DNA of 64,000 nt from Elusimicrobiota bacterium (GCA_027371715.1 DAHXMM010000028.1:1253-65252), one strand, 5' to 3'; positions 1 to 10,340 are shown, counted from the stretch's first letter. Notes: generated by a model from the letters alone, not told the origin. A program made the numbers and translations.

Positions 1-608
1 GTCTCAAGCTGGGCTCCGGTTAAAGGCACGTCTTTGGAAAGAAGATAAAGCGAACCGTCTTTTCCTTTTAAGAGGGCGTCTTCCTTGGGAACCAATTTCG
101 CGGCTTCCGTGGAAACAACCACCGTCTGCCCCACGAAAGGGTTGGCGAGCTCAGAGATTTTACCGAGCGCTTTTTGAGCGGCGTCGGATTTATCCACCAT
201 TCTAAATTCCAGAAGCGCGGTCTTTCCAATTAGATTTTTAGCTTCCCGCGTATTGGTCACGCCCGGAAGTTCAACGACGATCCAACGATCGCCTTGTTTG
301 GCGATCAAGGGCTCCGCCACCCCGAATTGGTCCACGCGGTTGCGGATGATTTCAATGGCGCGGTTGAGCGCATCGGGAACGGACTCCTTGGGATCGAGCT
401 TTGAAACGTCCAATTCCATCAACAAATAAGTTCCGCCGCGCAGGTCAAGACCCAGATTGAGAAGCCAGTGGGGCCTGAGCCTTAAAGATTCCAGCTTTTG
501 TCTTTCCGCCGCGCTTTGAGAATACCAGTTAATAGAAGGGTACAGAAGAAAAACGGCGAGCGCGACCGCACCGACAACCAACCCCCACTTCATTTGAAGT
601 TTAGTCAT
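1..608 (-). CDS. secD: Protein translocase subunit SecD, N-terminal part (gene continues past the left edge)
   Basis: Absent from the ORF track because it is edge-truncated. My own reverse-strand translation from ATG 608-606 gives MTKLQMKWGLVVGAVALAVFLLYPSINWY...LGLDLRGGTYLLMELD...IRNRVDQFGVAEPLIAKQGDRWIVVELPGV...LLEFRMV. These are SecD periplasmic-head signatures. The start abuts the yajC stop at 609-611. Confidence 0.85.
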   Translation of the reverse strand, partial: MTKLQMKWGLVVGAVALAVFLLYPSINWYSQSAAERQKLESLRLRPHWLLNLGLDLRGGTYLLMELDVSKLDPKESVPDALNRAIEIIRNRVDQFGVAEPLIAKQGDRWIVVELPGVTNTREAKNLIGKTALLEFRMVDKSDAAQKALGKISELANPFVGQTVVVSTEAAKLVPKEDALLKGKDGSLYLLSKDVPLTGAQLE

Positions 609-914
609 TTATTTAGAAGCAAGCTCGGCTTCATCTTCAGAGCCCGAGGAAATGAGCTTGGAAACCGCCTGTCTGGCAACCGTGAGTTTCACGTTTTCGG
701 CGAAACGCACTTCCAAATCAGTCCCTTTAATGCCGACAATCGTTCCGTAAAAGCCGCCGGTGGTCAAAACCTTATCGCCTTTTTTGAGTCCTTCGAGCAT
801 TTTTTCGTGGGCTTTCTGTTGTTTCTGCTGGGGACGAATGAGCAAAAAATAAAAGATCACGAAAATCGCGACGATGGGAAGCAGACTGATAATGGGGTTT
901 CCTTGAGGTTGCAT
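609..914 (-). CDS. yajC: Preprotein translocase subunit YajC
   Basis: 101 aa with one N-terminal TM, then LIRPQQKQQKAHEKMLEGLKKGDKVLTTGGFYGTIVGI (YajC signature). AGGAGA RBS upstream. Lies directly upstream of secD. Confidence 0.9.
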   Translation of the reverse strand: MQPQGNPIISLLPIVAIFVIFYFLLIRPQQKQQKAHEKMLEGLKKGDKVLTTGGFYGTIVGIKGTDLEVRFAENVKLTVARQAVSKLISSGSEDEAELASK

Positions 915-935
915 AAAATTTCTCCTGAGTTTTTA

Positions 936-3089
936 TTATACGAAAAGCGGAGCCAAAACGAGCGTAATGGTCGCCAAAAGTTTAATCAGAACATGCAGAG
1001 ACGGGCCGGCGGTGTCTTTAAAAGGATCCCCGACCGTGTCTCCCACCACCGCCGCTTTATGAGTATCCGACTTTTTTCCGCCATGCGCGCCGGTCTCGAT
1101 AAATTTCTTAGCGTTGTCCCAAGCGCCGCCGGAATTATTCAGAAACAAAGCCATCAAAATTCCAGCGATGGTGCCCACCATTAAAAGTCCGGCCACGGCT
1201 TCGGCCGCAATCGTCGGGTCCGCTGGCGTGATAAACGCCCGGAAGGCGACTCCAACCAGGACCGGACCTGCCACCGCAAGAATTCCCGGGAGAACCATCG
1301 CCTTGAGCGCCCCGATGGTCACGATGTCCACGCATTGGCCGTAATCCGGCTGCTCGGTTCCCTGCATAATGCCGGGCTTTTCTTTAAATTGACGCCGAAC
1401 CTCGCTGATGACGGCATAAGCCGCCCTTCCCACTGCGCGAATAGCCAAGGCCGAAAAGAGAAACACCAGCATCGCTCCGAGAATTGCGCCGACAAAAACT
1501 TCCGGCTTTGAGATATCCACGGCAATTCGGTGAGAAGTATAGTGAAATACCTCATCTAAATAGGCCGAGAAAAGAAGAAACGCCGCTAAAGAAGCCGAGC
1601 CGATGGCATACCCTTTAGTCAGAGCTTTCGTCGTGTTTCCAGTCGCGTCCAAGCGATCGGTTTTTTTGCGCGTCTCCTCCGGCTCCTGACTCATCTCGAC
1701 GATTCCGCCCGCGTTGTCGGTGATGGGGCCGAAAGTGTCCATGGCTAAAATATAGGCCGCGGTTGAAAGCATTCCCATGGTCGCAACCGCCGTTCCAAAA
1801 AGACCGCCTTTCCCGGGAAGGGCCATGACCCCGATTTTATAGGAAGCGAGAATAGCCGCGCCGATGACCAAAATCGGCATCGCGGTTGATTCAAGCCCCA
1901 CCGCGACTCCGGCGATGACGTTGGTCGCGGGACCGGTTTCGGAAGATTTCGCGATGTCTTTGACCGGCCGATAGCGGGATTCGGTGTAATACTGCGTAAT
2001 ATAAACGAAGGCCTGGGCCGTCAGAATTCCGATTAATCCGCAAGCAGAATAATATTTCCAAGCCTCCGGAGATTCCGGAGAAGCCAAAAGCCAATGTGCC
2101 GCCCACACAAATCCGCAAGCGGCCAGAAGAGAAGAAACCCAATAGCCGCGGTTTAAGGCGCTCATGGGATCTTCTTCTCCATTGGTTTTAACAATCATAA
2201 TTCCCACAATAGAAGCCAAAATACCGAGGCTTCCGGCAACCAGCGGGAAAAGAACGCCTTTAAATCCAAAAAACGGAATCAAACCGACGCCCAAAATCAT
2301 CGCGCCGATATTTTCCGCGGCGGTCGACTCAAACAAATCCGCGCCTCTTCCGGCGCAGTCTCCGACATTGTCTCCCACCAAATCGGCGATGACGCCGGGG
2401 TTGCGGGGATCATCTTCCGGAATTCCGGCTTCCACTTTTCCGACTAAGTCCGCTCCCACATCCGCCGCCTTTGTATAAATTCCGCCGCCCAATTGCGCGA
2501 AAAGAGCGACAAAAGAAGCTCCAAAGCCGTAACCCACGATAATAAAAGGAATCTGGGAATAATCATATCCCATCAGTTTCAAAGCCGCGAAAAGGCCTCC
2601 CACGCCTAAAATCGACATCGCCGTCACAAATAATCCGCTCACCGCGCCCCCTCGCATGGCGGTCTGAAGAGCTTCCCCCAGGGAATTTCGCGCGGCGGAA
2701 GCGACACGAATATTGGTCCGAATCGAAACCCACATACCGACGTAGCCCGCAATCACCGAACAGAGAGCGCCGATAATGAAGGAAATCGTCGTCAAAAACG
2801 CCAAGGTCATGGGAAGAGCGGGGTCTTGTGAATTATGCGGACGGACAAAAGCGTAAAGAACGAAAATCACAATCGCCAAGACCAAAGCCAGCCCCGCGAT
2901 GGTTTTATTCTGCCGTCTTAAGAAAGCCTCCGCCCCGCTTTTAATGGCATCTGAAATTTTCCGCATCCCCGGCGTTCCGGTGTCTTTGGCCAAAACCCAA
3001 CGGATAAGCCCCAGGGCCACAAGCAAGGCAAACAGAGAGACAGAGAAGACAATCAATAATTCCGGCTTCATGGACGCGGATGAAAACAT
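936..3089 (-). CDS. hppA: Membrane-bound proton-translocating pyrophosphatase, K+-independent type
   Basis: 717-aa polytopic ORF with GGIYTKAADVGADLVGKVE, DNVGDCAGRGADLFES, GNTTKALTKGYAIGSA and GDTVGDPFKDTAGPSL. Lys in the GNTT(K/A) motif is the established marker of K+-independent H+-PPases. AAGGAG lies 6 nt before ATG 3089. Confidence 0.95.
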   Translation of the reverse strand: MFSSASMKPELLIVFSVSLFALLVALGLIRWVLAKDTGTPGMRKISDAIKSGAEAFLRRQNKTIAGLALVLAIVIFVLYAFVRPHNSQDPALPMTLAFLTTISFIIGALCSVIAGYVGMWVSIRTNIRVASAARNSLGEALQTAMRGGAVSGLFVTAMSILGVGGLFAALKLMGYDYSQIPFIIVGYGFGASFVALFAQLGGGIYTKAADVGADLVGKVEAGIPEDDPRNPGVIADLVGDNVGDCAGRGADLFESTAAENIGAMILGVGLIPFFGFKGVLFPLVAGSLGILASIVGIMIVKTNGEEDPMSALNRGYWVSSLLAACGFVWAAHWLLASPESPEAWKYYSACGLIGILTAQAFVYITQYYTESRYRPVKDIAKSSETGPATNVIAGVAVGLESTAMPILVIGAAILASYKIGVMALPGKGGLFGTAVATMGMLSTAAYILAMDTFGPITDNAGGIVEMSQEPEETRKKTDRLDATGNTTKALTKGYAIGSASLAAFLLFSAYLDEVFHYTSHRIAVDISKPEVFVGAILGAMLVFLFSALAIRAVGRAAYAVISEVRRQFKEKPGIMQGTEQPDYGQCVDIVTIGALKAMVLPGILAVAGPVLVGVAFRAFITPADPTIAAEAVAGLLMVGTIAGILMALFLNNSGGAWDNAKKFIETGAHGGKKSDTHKAAVVGDTVGDPFKDTAGPSLHVLIKLLATITLVLAPLFV

Positions 3090-3195
3090 AGGCCACTCCT
3101 TTTAAAATTAAACTTAAAAAACGCATAACATTAAATCACTTTTCTAAACCGAATATCAAATTTATCGGCGGGACATAAGACCGCCTCCGACAATT

Positions 3196-4203
3196 TCACC
3201 ACCTGGCATAGAGACGGACGACCGGGCCTTGATAAAAAAGGAAGAAGGTATCGGGGGAAAGGGTAGACTCCGTAAAATAGTTCGCATTACCGCCATTTTG
3301 CAGCGGCATCACGGCAAAAGCCCCGACCTCATAACCCACTCCCAACGCAGTCGGGATATTCCAAAATTGATGGTTCCATCTGACCCCAAGAGACACATCC
3401 GCATGCGCAATCAGATTAGTGAATACGCTCGAATGGAGAGGATATCCGCCATTAAGCTGTTCCGCATTGGAAATTGTCTGCGAACCCAAATGCGCCTGAC
3501 CCATTCCAACACCATAGCCTCCTCGCGAAAAAAAGCCCCAAGTGGAATCCGTATTCGAGACTTGATCCAAAAATTTCCCCGCGAGAGTATCCCATCCCTG
3601 CTCGAACTCAAAAGTTTTGAGCGGGTAATTGGGATCATAGACGGGCGTCCCAGCGCAAGAAGTATACCCGCAGGGGCGATATCCAGTCAAGGCAACGGGC
3701 AAGGAAAGAGACGAGTATCCAATACTGATATAGGTAATCCCAAGCTCATAGACGGCATCGATACTGGTATATTGGTTGTCGAAGTTGGTTTGAGCGGATT
3801 GGCCGGACGCCAAAGCTCCGCTCCAAGAGGAAGTTCCATAAAGACGGCTTTGCTCGACTCTCATCATCCAGTTTTTATATCCCAAGTATCCAATCAAATC
3901 CTGATAGGTTCCAATCGAGTTGATTTCACTATTGCTCAGACTGGCGTCAAATCCGAATTTTAATCCGCCAAGCTTATTGGAGACCAAAGTGCCTTGGTAG
4001 CGGGTCATAGACGTCGGATTAAAATGATAAGAAATATCGCCGGAATGGTCGAGAACCTGCCAATTCATATCCGGAATGACATCAATATTGGTCGAGGCGG
4101 AATCTTGAGCAGAGGAATCATCGGAAGATGAAACCTCATCGCTCCAGACAATCCTCGGCAGGAGAAAAACCGAGAGCCCTAGCGCCAAAAAAAAGCGGTT
4201 CAA
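3196..4203 (-). CDS. Hypothetical outer-membrane beta-barrel-like protein
   Basis: 335 aa. TTG start overlaps the pepN stop (TTGA). Signal-peptide-like N-terminus (NRFFLALGLSVFLLPRIVWS), beta-strand-like alternation, aromatic C-terminus (...RLYARW). No family recognised. Confidence 0.55.
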   Translation of the reverse strand: MNRFFLALGLSVFLLPRIVWSDEVSSSDDSSAQDSASTNIDVIPDMNWQVLDHSGDISYHFNPTSMTRYQGTLVSNKLGGLKFGFDASLSNSEINSIGTYQDLIGYLGYKNWMMRVEQSRLYGTSSWSGALASGQSAQTNFDNQYTSIDAVYELGITYISIGYSSLSLPVALTGYRPCGYTSCAGTPVYDPNYPLKTFEFEQGWDTLAGKFLDQVSNTDSTWGFFSRGGYGVGMGQAHLGSQTISNAEQLNGGYPLHSSVFTNLIAHADVSLGVRWNHQFWNIPTALGVGYEVGAFAVMPLQNGGNANYFTESTLSPDTFFLFYQGPVVRLYARW

Positions 4204-6848
4204 ACTCGTTTTTTTAGCCAGTCTGAAAAAGCCTGGGTCTGGGTCGCTTTAAATTTAATGCCGGCCTCGATATATTCGACGGTCTGGGCCAGGCTTCTTT
4301 TAGCCGAGGGCACCTGATTTTGAGGAACGCTGAAAAATGAATGAATCTCTTTTAAATATTCCGGTTCATCCATTCCGGCCAACCCTTGAATGATGCGCTC
4401 GCTTCCTTTCGCTCCCACTTTCTTCCTTAAAGAGTCCCAGTGTTCCTGAACGAATTTCCAGGCCGCGCGCTGAGACCAAGGGTTTCCCAAAAGACGCGCC
4501 ACGGGCCGCCAGGCGTCTTGCCCACGGATCACGTCTTGGCCCTGAGAGTCTTTCGCCTCAACCAAAGCCAAAAGTTTTTGCGTCAGATCCGGCGATTTAA
4601 AATCCGTCATCGCCGCCAAGAAATTGTCGCGAACCTCGGGGGTCTTGGCGTTTTGAAAGCGCTCTTGATAGACAGAGAAATTTTCCTCCGTTCCGTTAAA
4701 AGCGTTCAAGGACAGAGTGGTAAACACAATCGTGGGATCGAGCTTCTCCGGGCTTTTGAGATAAAGCGCCAAATCTTTTTTAACCCGGCTCAAAATCTCG
4801 GAAGAAGGAGAAATCGTCCCCAAGGCGGACAACACCGCCGCGCGGGAAAGACGAACTTCATCACTCTCTCCTTTTTTGGCCTTGGCCAGTTTTTTCCAAT
4901 GCCGGCCTAAGAGTTCCGAAGTAAATTTCGCGAATAAAGGACGGTCTCCATCCTTAAGAACGGTGTAGTAGAGGGTCTTAAGATAAGCCGACAAATCCTC
5001 GAGAATCATGCGGGAAGAATCTTCCTTAAAAAGAGTTAATGCGTCCATAAACTCCGCGATTTGAACTTCGCCAGACTTCATTTGAGCCCACAAATCCGCC
5101 AAGAAAGCCGAACGCTCAATCGTCGAAAGATTTTTACGGCCGTTTTTAAGCAGGTTTTGGCGCAAATTTTGAGACAAGAAGGCGCGGTAATATCCCGTCC
5201 CCTCGGCATTAGGGTAAAGCCAGGAAATTTTTCCTTTTCCCGGAAGCGTGACCTTCATTTCCCGTTCCTGAATCATCAAGCGCGCGGTTTTAAGACCGCT
5301 TGCGTCTTTATAACGAATGACGACGGGGATACTCCAAAGTTGTTGGGAATCTTTCTTCGTTCCGTTAATCATGAAACGGTATTGACTGATTTTAAGGGTT
5401 CTTAAATCCAGATCGCCTTCGATAAAAAGCCCGGGATACCCCTCCTGAGTCAGCCAGTCTTTCGCCATGCGGTCCACCGGCTTTTTGGAAGCCGCCTTCA
5501 GCTGATTCCAAAGATCCGCGGCCTTGGTGTTGGCGTATTGATGCTTCTTCATGTAAGAACGCACGCCGTCCCGAAACTTGGTCTCGGTCAAAAAATTCTC
5601 GATCATCCTTAAGATCGAACCGCCTTTCTCATAGGTCAAAACGTCGAACATCGCCTCAATCTGGGCCGGATCATGAACCGGAGAACTCACGGTTCGGGTG
5701 TTTTTCAAGGCGTCCAAGGACAAAGCCGCGCGGCGTTCGCGCTCGAAATTTTGCCAGGTCAGCCATTTCGGCCTTTTATGATCGACGACTTTGTAGGCCA
5801 GCCAGGTCGCGAAGGACTCATTCAACCATAAATCGTCCCACCAATCCATGGTGACCAAATCGCCAAACCATTGATGGACGATTTCATGGGATACGACTTC
5901 ATCCACCCGTTGTTTGGCTTTGATGGACGACATTTTTGGATCAATGAGAACGGCGGAATCCCGAAAGAAAATCGCGCCCCAGTTTTCCATCGCCCCGGCT
6001 GAAAAATCAGGAACGGCGACCAAGTCCATTTTCGGAAGGGAATAGGGAATTTTAAAATAGCCGTTTAAGTAGCTCAAGGTCTTTTGAGCGGCGTCCAAGG
6101 CAAAAGCGGTCTGACCGGCGTCTTCCGGGCGGGTCCAAACCGTGATCTTGGTTTTTCCAACCTTGACCGTCTTACTGGGAACAAGTCTTGCCACGGCCAA
6201 AGCCAAAAGATAGGTGGACATCTTCGGAGTTTCTAAAAAGACCGCGGTCTTCCAGCCGTTTTGAACGGAAGAGCTTTTTTCCGGCATATTCGATAGGGCG
6301 TTGAACTTTTCCGGATAGGACACGGTGAGTTTAAACGTCGCCTTGAAAGACGGTTCGTCAAAACAGGGAAACATCCGTCTTGCGTCAATGGCCTCAAATT
6401 GGGTGAAAGCGTAATTTTCCAGTTTCTCGCTTCCGTCTTTTTCCTTGTGTTTGGCGGTGGATAAATAGAGGCCGCGCATCTGCCGGTTGAGAGTTCCAGA
6501 AAAGGCGATGGACAAAGTTCCACTTTTAAGCGGAGAAGAAGCGGAAAGAGAAATCGTCTGGGCCTCGGCATCCATGGAAACCGAAAGCTCTTCTTCGTTC
6601 ATCCTGGCATTTTTAATTTTAAGATCGCGCCCGTGAAGGACGATTTGGCTCAGCCCGGATTTAACCTCAAGCGCGATTCTCTCCTCGCCCGAGAAAACGC
6701 CCGCGTCGGGGTCAACCTTGATTGTGATATCGTATTTTTTAGGACTGAGATTCTTGGAAAGGCGGATAGACGGCTCGTTTTGGCTAGAAATTTTTGAAGA
6801 ATTCATCGGCGTTAAAACGGCTCCTCCCGCATTTGACGTTTCGTTCAT
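4200..6848 (-). CDS. pepN: M1-family aminopeptidase N
   Basis: GAMEN exopeptidase motif (SAGAMENWGAIFF) and HEIVHQWFGDLVTMDWWDDLWLNESFATW (HExxH-x18-E). Start placed at the second ATG (6848), which has GGAGG 5 nt upstream. The ORF stays open to 6878. Confidence 0.9.
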   Translation of the reverse strand: MNETSNAGGAVLTPMNSSKISSQNEPSIRLSKNLSPKKYDITIKVDPDAGVFSGEERIALEVKSGLSQIVLHGRDLKIKNARMNEEELSVSMDAEAQTISLSASSPLKSGTLSIAFSGTLNRQMRGLYLSTAKHKEKDGSEKLENYAFTQFEAIDARRMFPCFDEPSFKATFKLTVSYPEKFNALSNMPEKSSSVQNGWKTAVFLETPKMSTYLLALAVARLVPSKTVKVGKTKITVWTRPEDAGQTAFALDAAQKTLSYLNGYFKIPYSLPKMDLVAVPDFSAGAMENWGAIFFRDSAVLIDPKMSSIKAKQRVDEVVSHEIVHQWFGDLVTMDWWDDLWLNESFATWLAYKVVDHKRPKWLTWQNFERERRAALSLDALKNTRTVSSPVHDPAQIEAMFDVLTYEKGGSILRMIENFLTETKFRDGVRSYMKKHQYANTKAADLWNQLKAASKKPVDRMAKDWLTQEGYPGLFIEGDLDLRTLKISQYRFMINGTKKDSQQLWSIPVVIRYKDASGLKTARLMIQEREMKVTLPGKGKISWLYPNAEGTGYYRAFLSQNLRQNLLKNGRKNLSTIERSAFLADLWAQMKSGEVQIAEFMDALTLFKEDSSRMILEDLSAYLKTLYYTVLKDGDRPLFAKFTSELLGRHWKKLAKAKKGESDEVRLSRAAVLSALGTISPSSEILSRVKKDLALYLKSPEKLDPTIVFTTLSLNAFNGTEENFSVYQERFQNAKTPEVRDNFLAAMTDFKSPDLTQKLLALVEAKDSQGQDVIRGQDAWRPVARLLGNPWSQRAAWKFVQEHWDSLRKKVGAKGSERIIQGLAGMDEPEYLKEIHSFFSVPQNQVPSAKRSLAQTVEYIEAGIKFKATQTQAFSDWLKKRV

Positions 6849-6954
6849 GGCGGCCTCCTGGACGGATTTTATTTTCATATATTACTAATTGCGGGCTCGG
6901 TTTTGAATCTTTTTGGCCCCAGGCGCATCTAAAATAAAGACAAGGAGAGACTCT

Positions 6955-7803
6955 ATGGCAAAAACCTTAAACGAAGGGCTTCCCCGCAAGATACTCATCG
7001 CCAGCGATTTGGGCCCGGCCTCCGGCGCACTGATGAAATACGCGGAAATCCTCAAGCCCATTCTGAAGCCGGAGATGGTTCTTCTTTACGCGCAGCATTT
7101 TGAGGTTCCACCTTATTTCACGGAAGGCCAAATTTCTCTCTTCACGAAAGAATTAAAAGAAGCCCATAAAATAGCCCGCCAACACATCGCGAAATGGGCC
7201 AAGGATTTTTTGCTTGACGTTGCGAAAATCGACCTTCGGGAAGAGCCGCCCGTGGAAGCGGCGTTATTGGGCGCCAGGGAAAACCGGGCGGATTTGATCA
7301 TGCTGGGATCTCACGGACGAAACTGGGTCGGACGAATCTGGCTGGGTTCGGTCGCGGAAAACGTGATTAGGAGATCGAACCTTCCCGTTCTCATCGTTCC
7401 CCCTCATGCAAATCTCACCTCCGTCAAAAAAATTCTCTCCCCGGTGGGATTTGGAGAAACCGGCAAAAACGCCTTAAAGAACGCCGCCCTCTGGGCCAAG
7501 GCCGCGAAAGCGAAGCTCGTCATTTTGCACGCGCGTGAAGCGGGAAGCGAAAAAATGCCTTGCCCCTGGAACGTCAAGGAATTGCCGGTTCAATGCGAGA
7601 TCGACGAAGTTTCAATCGAGGGAAATCCCGCCGAGGAGATTCTAAAATTCGCGGAATCGGAAAACCCCGATCTCATTATTATGGGATCTGACGTCAAGAA
7701 AACCACCTTGGGCGCCGTTTTCAGCTCGATAACCGAACGCGTTCTCCACGCCGTCCATTGGCCGATTTTGATCATTCCCAGAATCCAAGGAAACGCCCGC
7801 TAA
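6955..7803 (+). CDS. Universal stress protein, tandem UspA domains
   Basis: Two Usp-like halves, each ending in a typical motif: ADLIMLGSHGRNWVGRIWLGSVAENVIRRSNLPVLIV and PDLIIMGSDVKKTTLGAVFSSITERVLHAVHWPILII. AAGGAGAG RBS before ATG 6955. Confidence 0.8.
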   Translation: MAKTLNEGLPRKILIASDLGPASGALMKYAEILKPILKPEMVLLYAQHFEVPPYFTEGQISLFTKELKEAHKIARQHIAKWAKDFLLDVAKIDLREEPPVEAALLGARENRADLIMLGSHGRNWVGRIWLGSVAENVIRRSNLPVLIVPPHANLTSVKKILSPVGFGETGKNALKNAALWAKAAKAKLVILHAREAGSEKMPCPWNVKELPVQCEIDEVSIEGNPAEEILKFAESENPDLIIMGSDVKKTTLGAVFSSITERVLHAVHWPILIIPRIQGNAR

Positions 7804-8285
7804 GAATTAAGGAAATCAGAGTCGACAAGAAACATCGTCCAAGAGCTTTCTTCCCCGGCGTATTTCTCATAAACCAGCCCTTTCCCTTGGGCATAATAGC
7901 GTTCGATGCTTCCCGTATTTTGATCCGTAGCGGTAATTTTAAGGCAATGAAGAATTTTTCCGCGCGGAGTTTGAACGGAGGCGTCGGTCGATTCAACTCC
8001 GCAATACGGGTATCGGCTTGAATCTTCCCATTGATCTTGCGCTTTTAGGACGGCCGGAAAAAGGAGATCTTTCCCCGCCCAAATACCCTTGGAATTTTTT
8101 TTGACGCGATAGGTAAAAGATTTTCCATCTCCCCAAGACTCCCTGATGACCGCTATGGTTTCGCCATTTTTTCGTTTCAAGGATTCAACCTTTCTTGAAA
8201 TCTGTCGAATGAGCGGCGGCCGGCTGAAAGTCACGGCGACATAAAGCCATTTTTTTCCTAATGAGAGAGGGTAATAGTCTGTCAT
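7800..8285 (-). CDS. Hypothetical protein (161 aa)
   Basis: Only long ORF with protein-like composition in this interval. Same strand as the downstream genes. No recognisable motif. Confidence 0.45.
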   Translation of the reverse strand: MTDYYPLSLGKKWLYVAVTFSRPPLIRQISRKVESLKRKNGETIAVIRESWGDGKSFTYRVKKNSKGIWAGKDLLFPAVLKAQDQWEDSSRYPYCGVESTDASVQTPRGKILHCLKITATDQNTGSIERYYAQGKGLVYEKYAGEESSWTMFLVDSDFLNS

Positions 8286-8294
8286 GGAATTCGA

Positions 8295-10340
8295 TCAGCT
8301 GTTTTTTCCCGGAGCCGGGGAATGATTCTCCGGCCCTGGATTGGGGGAGCCTTGAGAAGCTTGCGAAAAATCGGCTTCGGTTCCCAAATTCCATAGGGCC
8401 TCAAGGTAACCGGTCAGCGCGCTCAGATATCCGCCCTTAAGGTAGAGCGTGTTTTCAAAGTTGTTTCTGGTCCCATTGATGCTCATGTTGGTAGAGCCCG
8501 TGGCGACAATTCCGTCTCCCTTGGAATCTCCAATCACTATCTTGTTATGAAAAAGGCCGCCGTTATTGGCGCCTCCGATGACGCGAACCTGGGCGCCCGC
8601 TTCCTTGAGATGCCGCAAAGCCGCCATGGAAGCGACATTATGAGATTGTCCTTGGTCCGCCAGAATGCGAACGGGAAGCCCGGAGTTCAAGCGTTCCGTA
8701 ATGGCCGACATCATGGAGGGCCAGGGATAGAAAGCGAACATTCCAATAAAAATTTCCTGTTTGGCGGCTTTCACGATTTTAATCCAGGTATCATCGGTTC
8801 CGCCCGCGGGGGAAAAAGTGGCGATCGGGAGAGGCACTCCGTTAAAGTTTTGATCCAAGGAACCCGCGGTGGGAATGGGAGTATCGAGCGCGGGCTCTTG
8901 AGGCTCCAAATCCTCGGAAAAAACGCGGGCCACGCTTTTCATCCAAGCAAAATCTTTTTGATAAAGATCGATGAGTTTTTGATCCTCGGTCAAAACGACG
9001 TTTTCCCAGTTGCTGGCTTGGGTATGGGCGGAGTAATTATAAGATCCCGTTTCCAAGATTTGGGAATTTTTTCCATCGGCAAGCGGAATGTTCCAAACCC
9101 GATATTTGGAGTGTTGAATTCCAAACTTGGCGAGGCCCTTAAGGACATAGAGTTTAAGATTGGGCGTTCCCGCGAGGTAAGCGTCGACTAATTTTTGAAG
9201 TTGCGGACTCCGAACCCGATGGGCGTCTTGGTTTTCGCGCCCCATTTTTTGCGGGAAAAGATTAGAATAATCAATGATAACCTCATAGGACTTTCCCTGT
9301 CGCGCTCCCTCAAGAATAGAATCCGCATCTTGATCGAGGGTTTCCTCATACAGGGCGATTTGCGTGCGCTGGCTGGCGAGATTTCCCGCGGCGAGAATAG
9401 ACGGAACATCATCCCCGCCCCCATTAGGATTATTAGGAAAGAGAACGCGCTTAACCGATTGATTCCCGATGTTGATAGAGTCCCCCTCGTTATCGTTTGT
9501 AGAAGGCGTTTGGGCTAGAAGATTTTTTTTGAGGGGAGAAACGGGCCGAGTATTTTTTCCTCCGAGCGCTCCATCCGAGCGCTCCATTTGCTGGGCCGCG
9601 GACGCCTCATAAAGGGAAGGATTTTTTAAGAGTTGCCCCGCGTAAGAGCTTTCCTCGGGATTTTGGCCGCTCTTCCAAAATGGTTTTAAGGTTTCAGCCA
9701 CGTGGCGGGCTTGAATGGAGGAGAGATCGCGGCTCACGTTTTTAATAAGCTCCTCTTGGTTTCGATCATGAGCGTAAACTTTAGCGAGCGGCAATAAGGC
9801 CTGGTCCAAGCCATTGGATTGGTTAAAGGCTTGAGCATTAACGCCAGATTGAGCGTTCGTCTGAAGCTGCTTGCAATAACTTTTTAACGCCGCGAAAACT
9901 TTGGGAGACGCTTTCCTTTGAGCTTCTTTAAGCCGTTCCGATATTTGGAGGACAAGGGCTTTTCGCTCTTGCGCATTGTCGGAGTGAACGGCGGTTTCAA
10001 TGTCTTTCTTGATTTGCGAAAGCGAATCAGGGGAAAGTTCCTTAATCACGGGCGCCGCCAAGGCCGAGGCGAGGGGAGAATGGGAAATTTGAGAGAAAAT
10101 CTCAAGGCCCGTTCCGGCCTGATCTTGGTTGAACTCCTTAAGATTTCCTAAATCCTCGAAACTTGGCAATTCTTGGGAGATTGCTCCGGGGCTAAAGAGC
10201 GGTTGGGAAAAAAACGCCGGCATTTCCGCCGGTCCCTCGCTCAGGCCTTGGCCCAGGATAAAAACAGGCTTTAAAAACAGAAAAGAGGCGACCGCCAGCC
10301 AAAACGCCGATCTTTTTTCCCGGTTCATGGCGTCCCCCAC
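8295..10340 (-). CDS. Secreted phospholipase D / nuclease-superfamily protein with two HKD motifs
   Basis: Signal-like N-terminus (FWLAVASFLFLKPVFILGQG). Two HxK(x4)D-type motifs: GIQHSKYRVWNIPLADG...GSYNYS and GLFHNKIVIGDSKGDGIVATGSTNMS. About 330 aa of N-terminal sequence has no recognisable family. Confidence 0.75.
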   Translation of the reverse strand: MGDAMNREKRSAFWLAVASFLFLKPVFILGQGLSEGPAEMPAFFSQPLFSPGAISQELPSFEDLGNLKEFNQDQAGTGLEIFSQISHSPLASALAAPVIKELSPDSLSQIKKDIETAVHSDNAQERKALVLQISERLKEAQRKASPKVFAALKSYCKQLQTNAQSGVNAQAFNQSNGLDQALLPLAKVYAHDRNQEELIKNVSRDLSSIQARHVAETLKPFWKSGQNPEESSYAGQLLKNPSLYEASAAQQMERSDGALGGKNTRPVSPLKKNLLAQTPSTNDNEGDSINIGNQSVKRVLFPNNPNGGGDDVPSILAAGNLASQRTQIALYEETLDQDADSILEGARQGKSYEVIIDYSNLFPQKMGRENQDAHRVRSPQLQKLVDAYLAGTPNLKLYVLKGLAKFGIQHSKYRVWNIPLADGKNSQILETGSYNYSAHTQASNWENVVLTEDQKLIDLYQKDFAWMKSVARVFSEDLEPQEPALDTPIPTAGSLDQNFNGVPLPIATFSPAGGTDDTWIKIVKAAKQEIFIGMFAFYPWPSMMSAITERLNSGLPVRILADQGQSHNVASMAALRHLKEAGAQVRVIGGANNGGLFHNKIVIGDSKGDGIVATGSTNMSINGTRNNFENTLYLKGGYLSALTGYLEALWNLGTEADFSQASQGSPNPGPENHSPAPGKNS

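Noticed and set aside
498-1184. Long antisense or alternative-frame ORFs opposite real genes. Examples: 498-1184 +, 3229-3963 +, 8547-9191 +, 17588-18058 -, 29749-30474 +, 35701-36174 -, 36642-37115 +, 46563-46997 -, 49759-50229 -, 62462-63292 +.
   Set aside because: Each lies fully inside a gene with strong family motifs on the other strand or frame. Their translations are Arg/Ser/Pro/Gly-rich with no motifs, signal peptides or RBS, which is typical of shadow ORFs.
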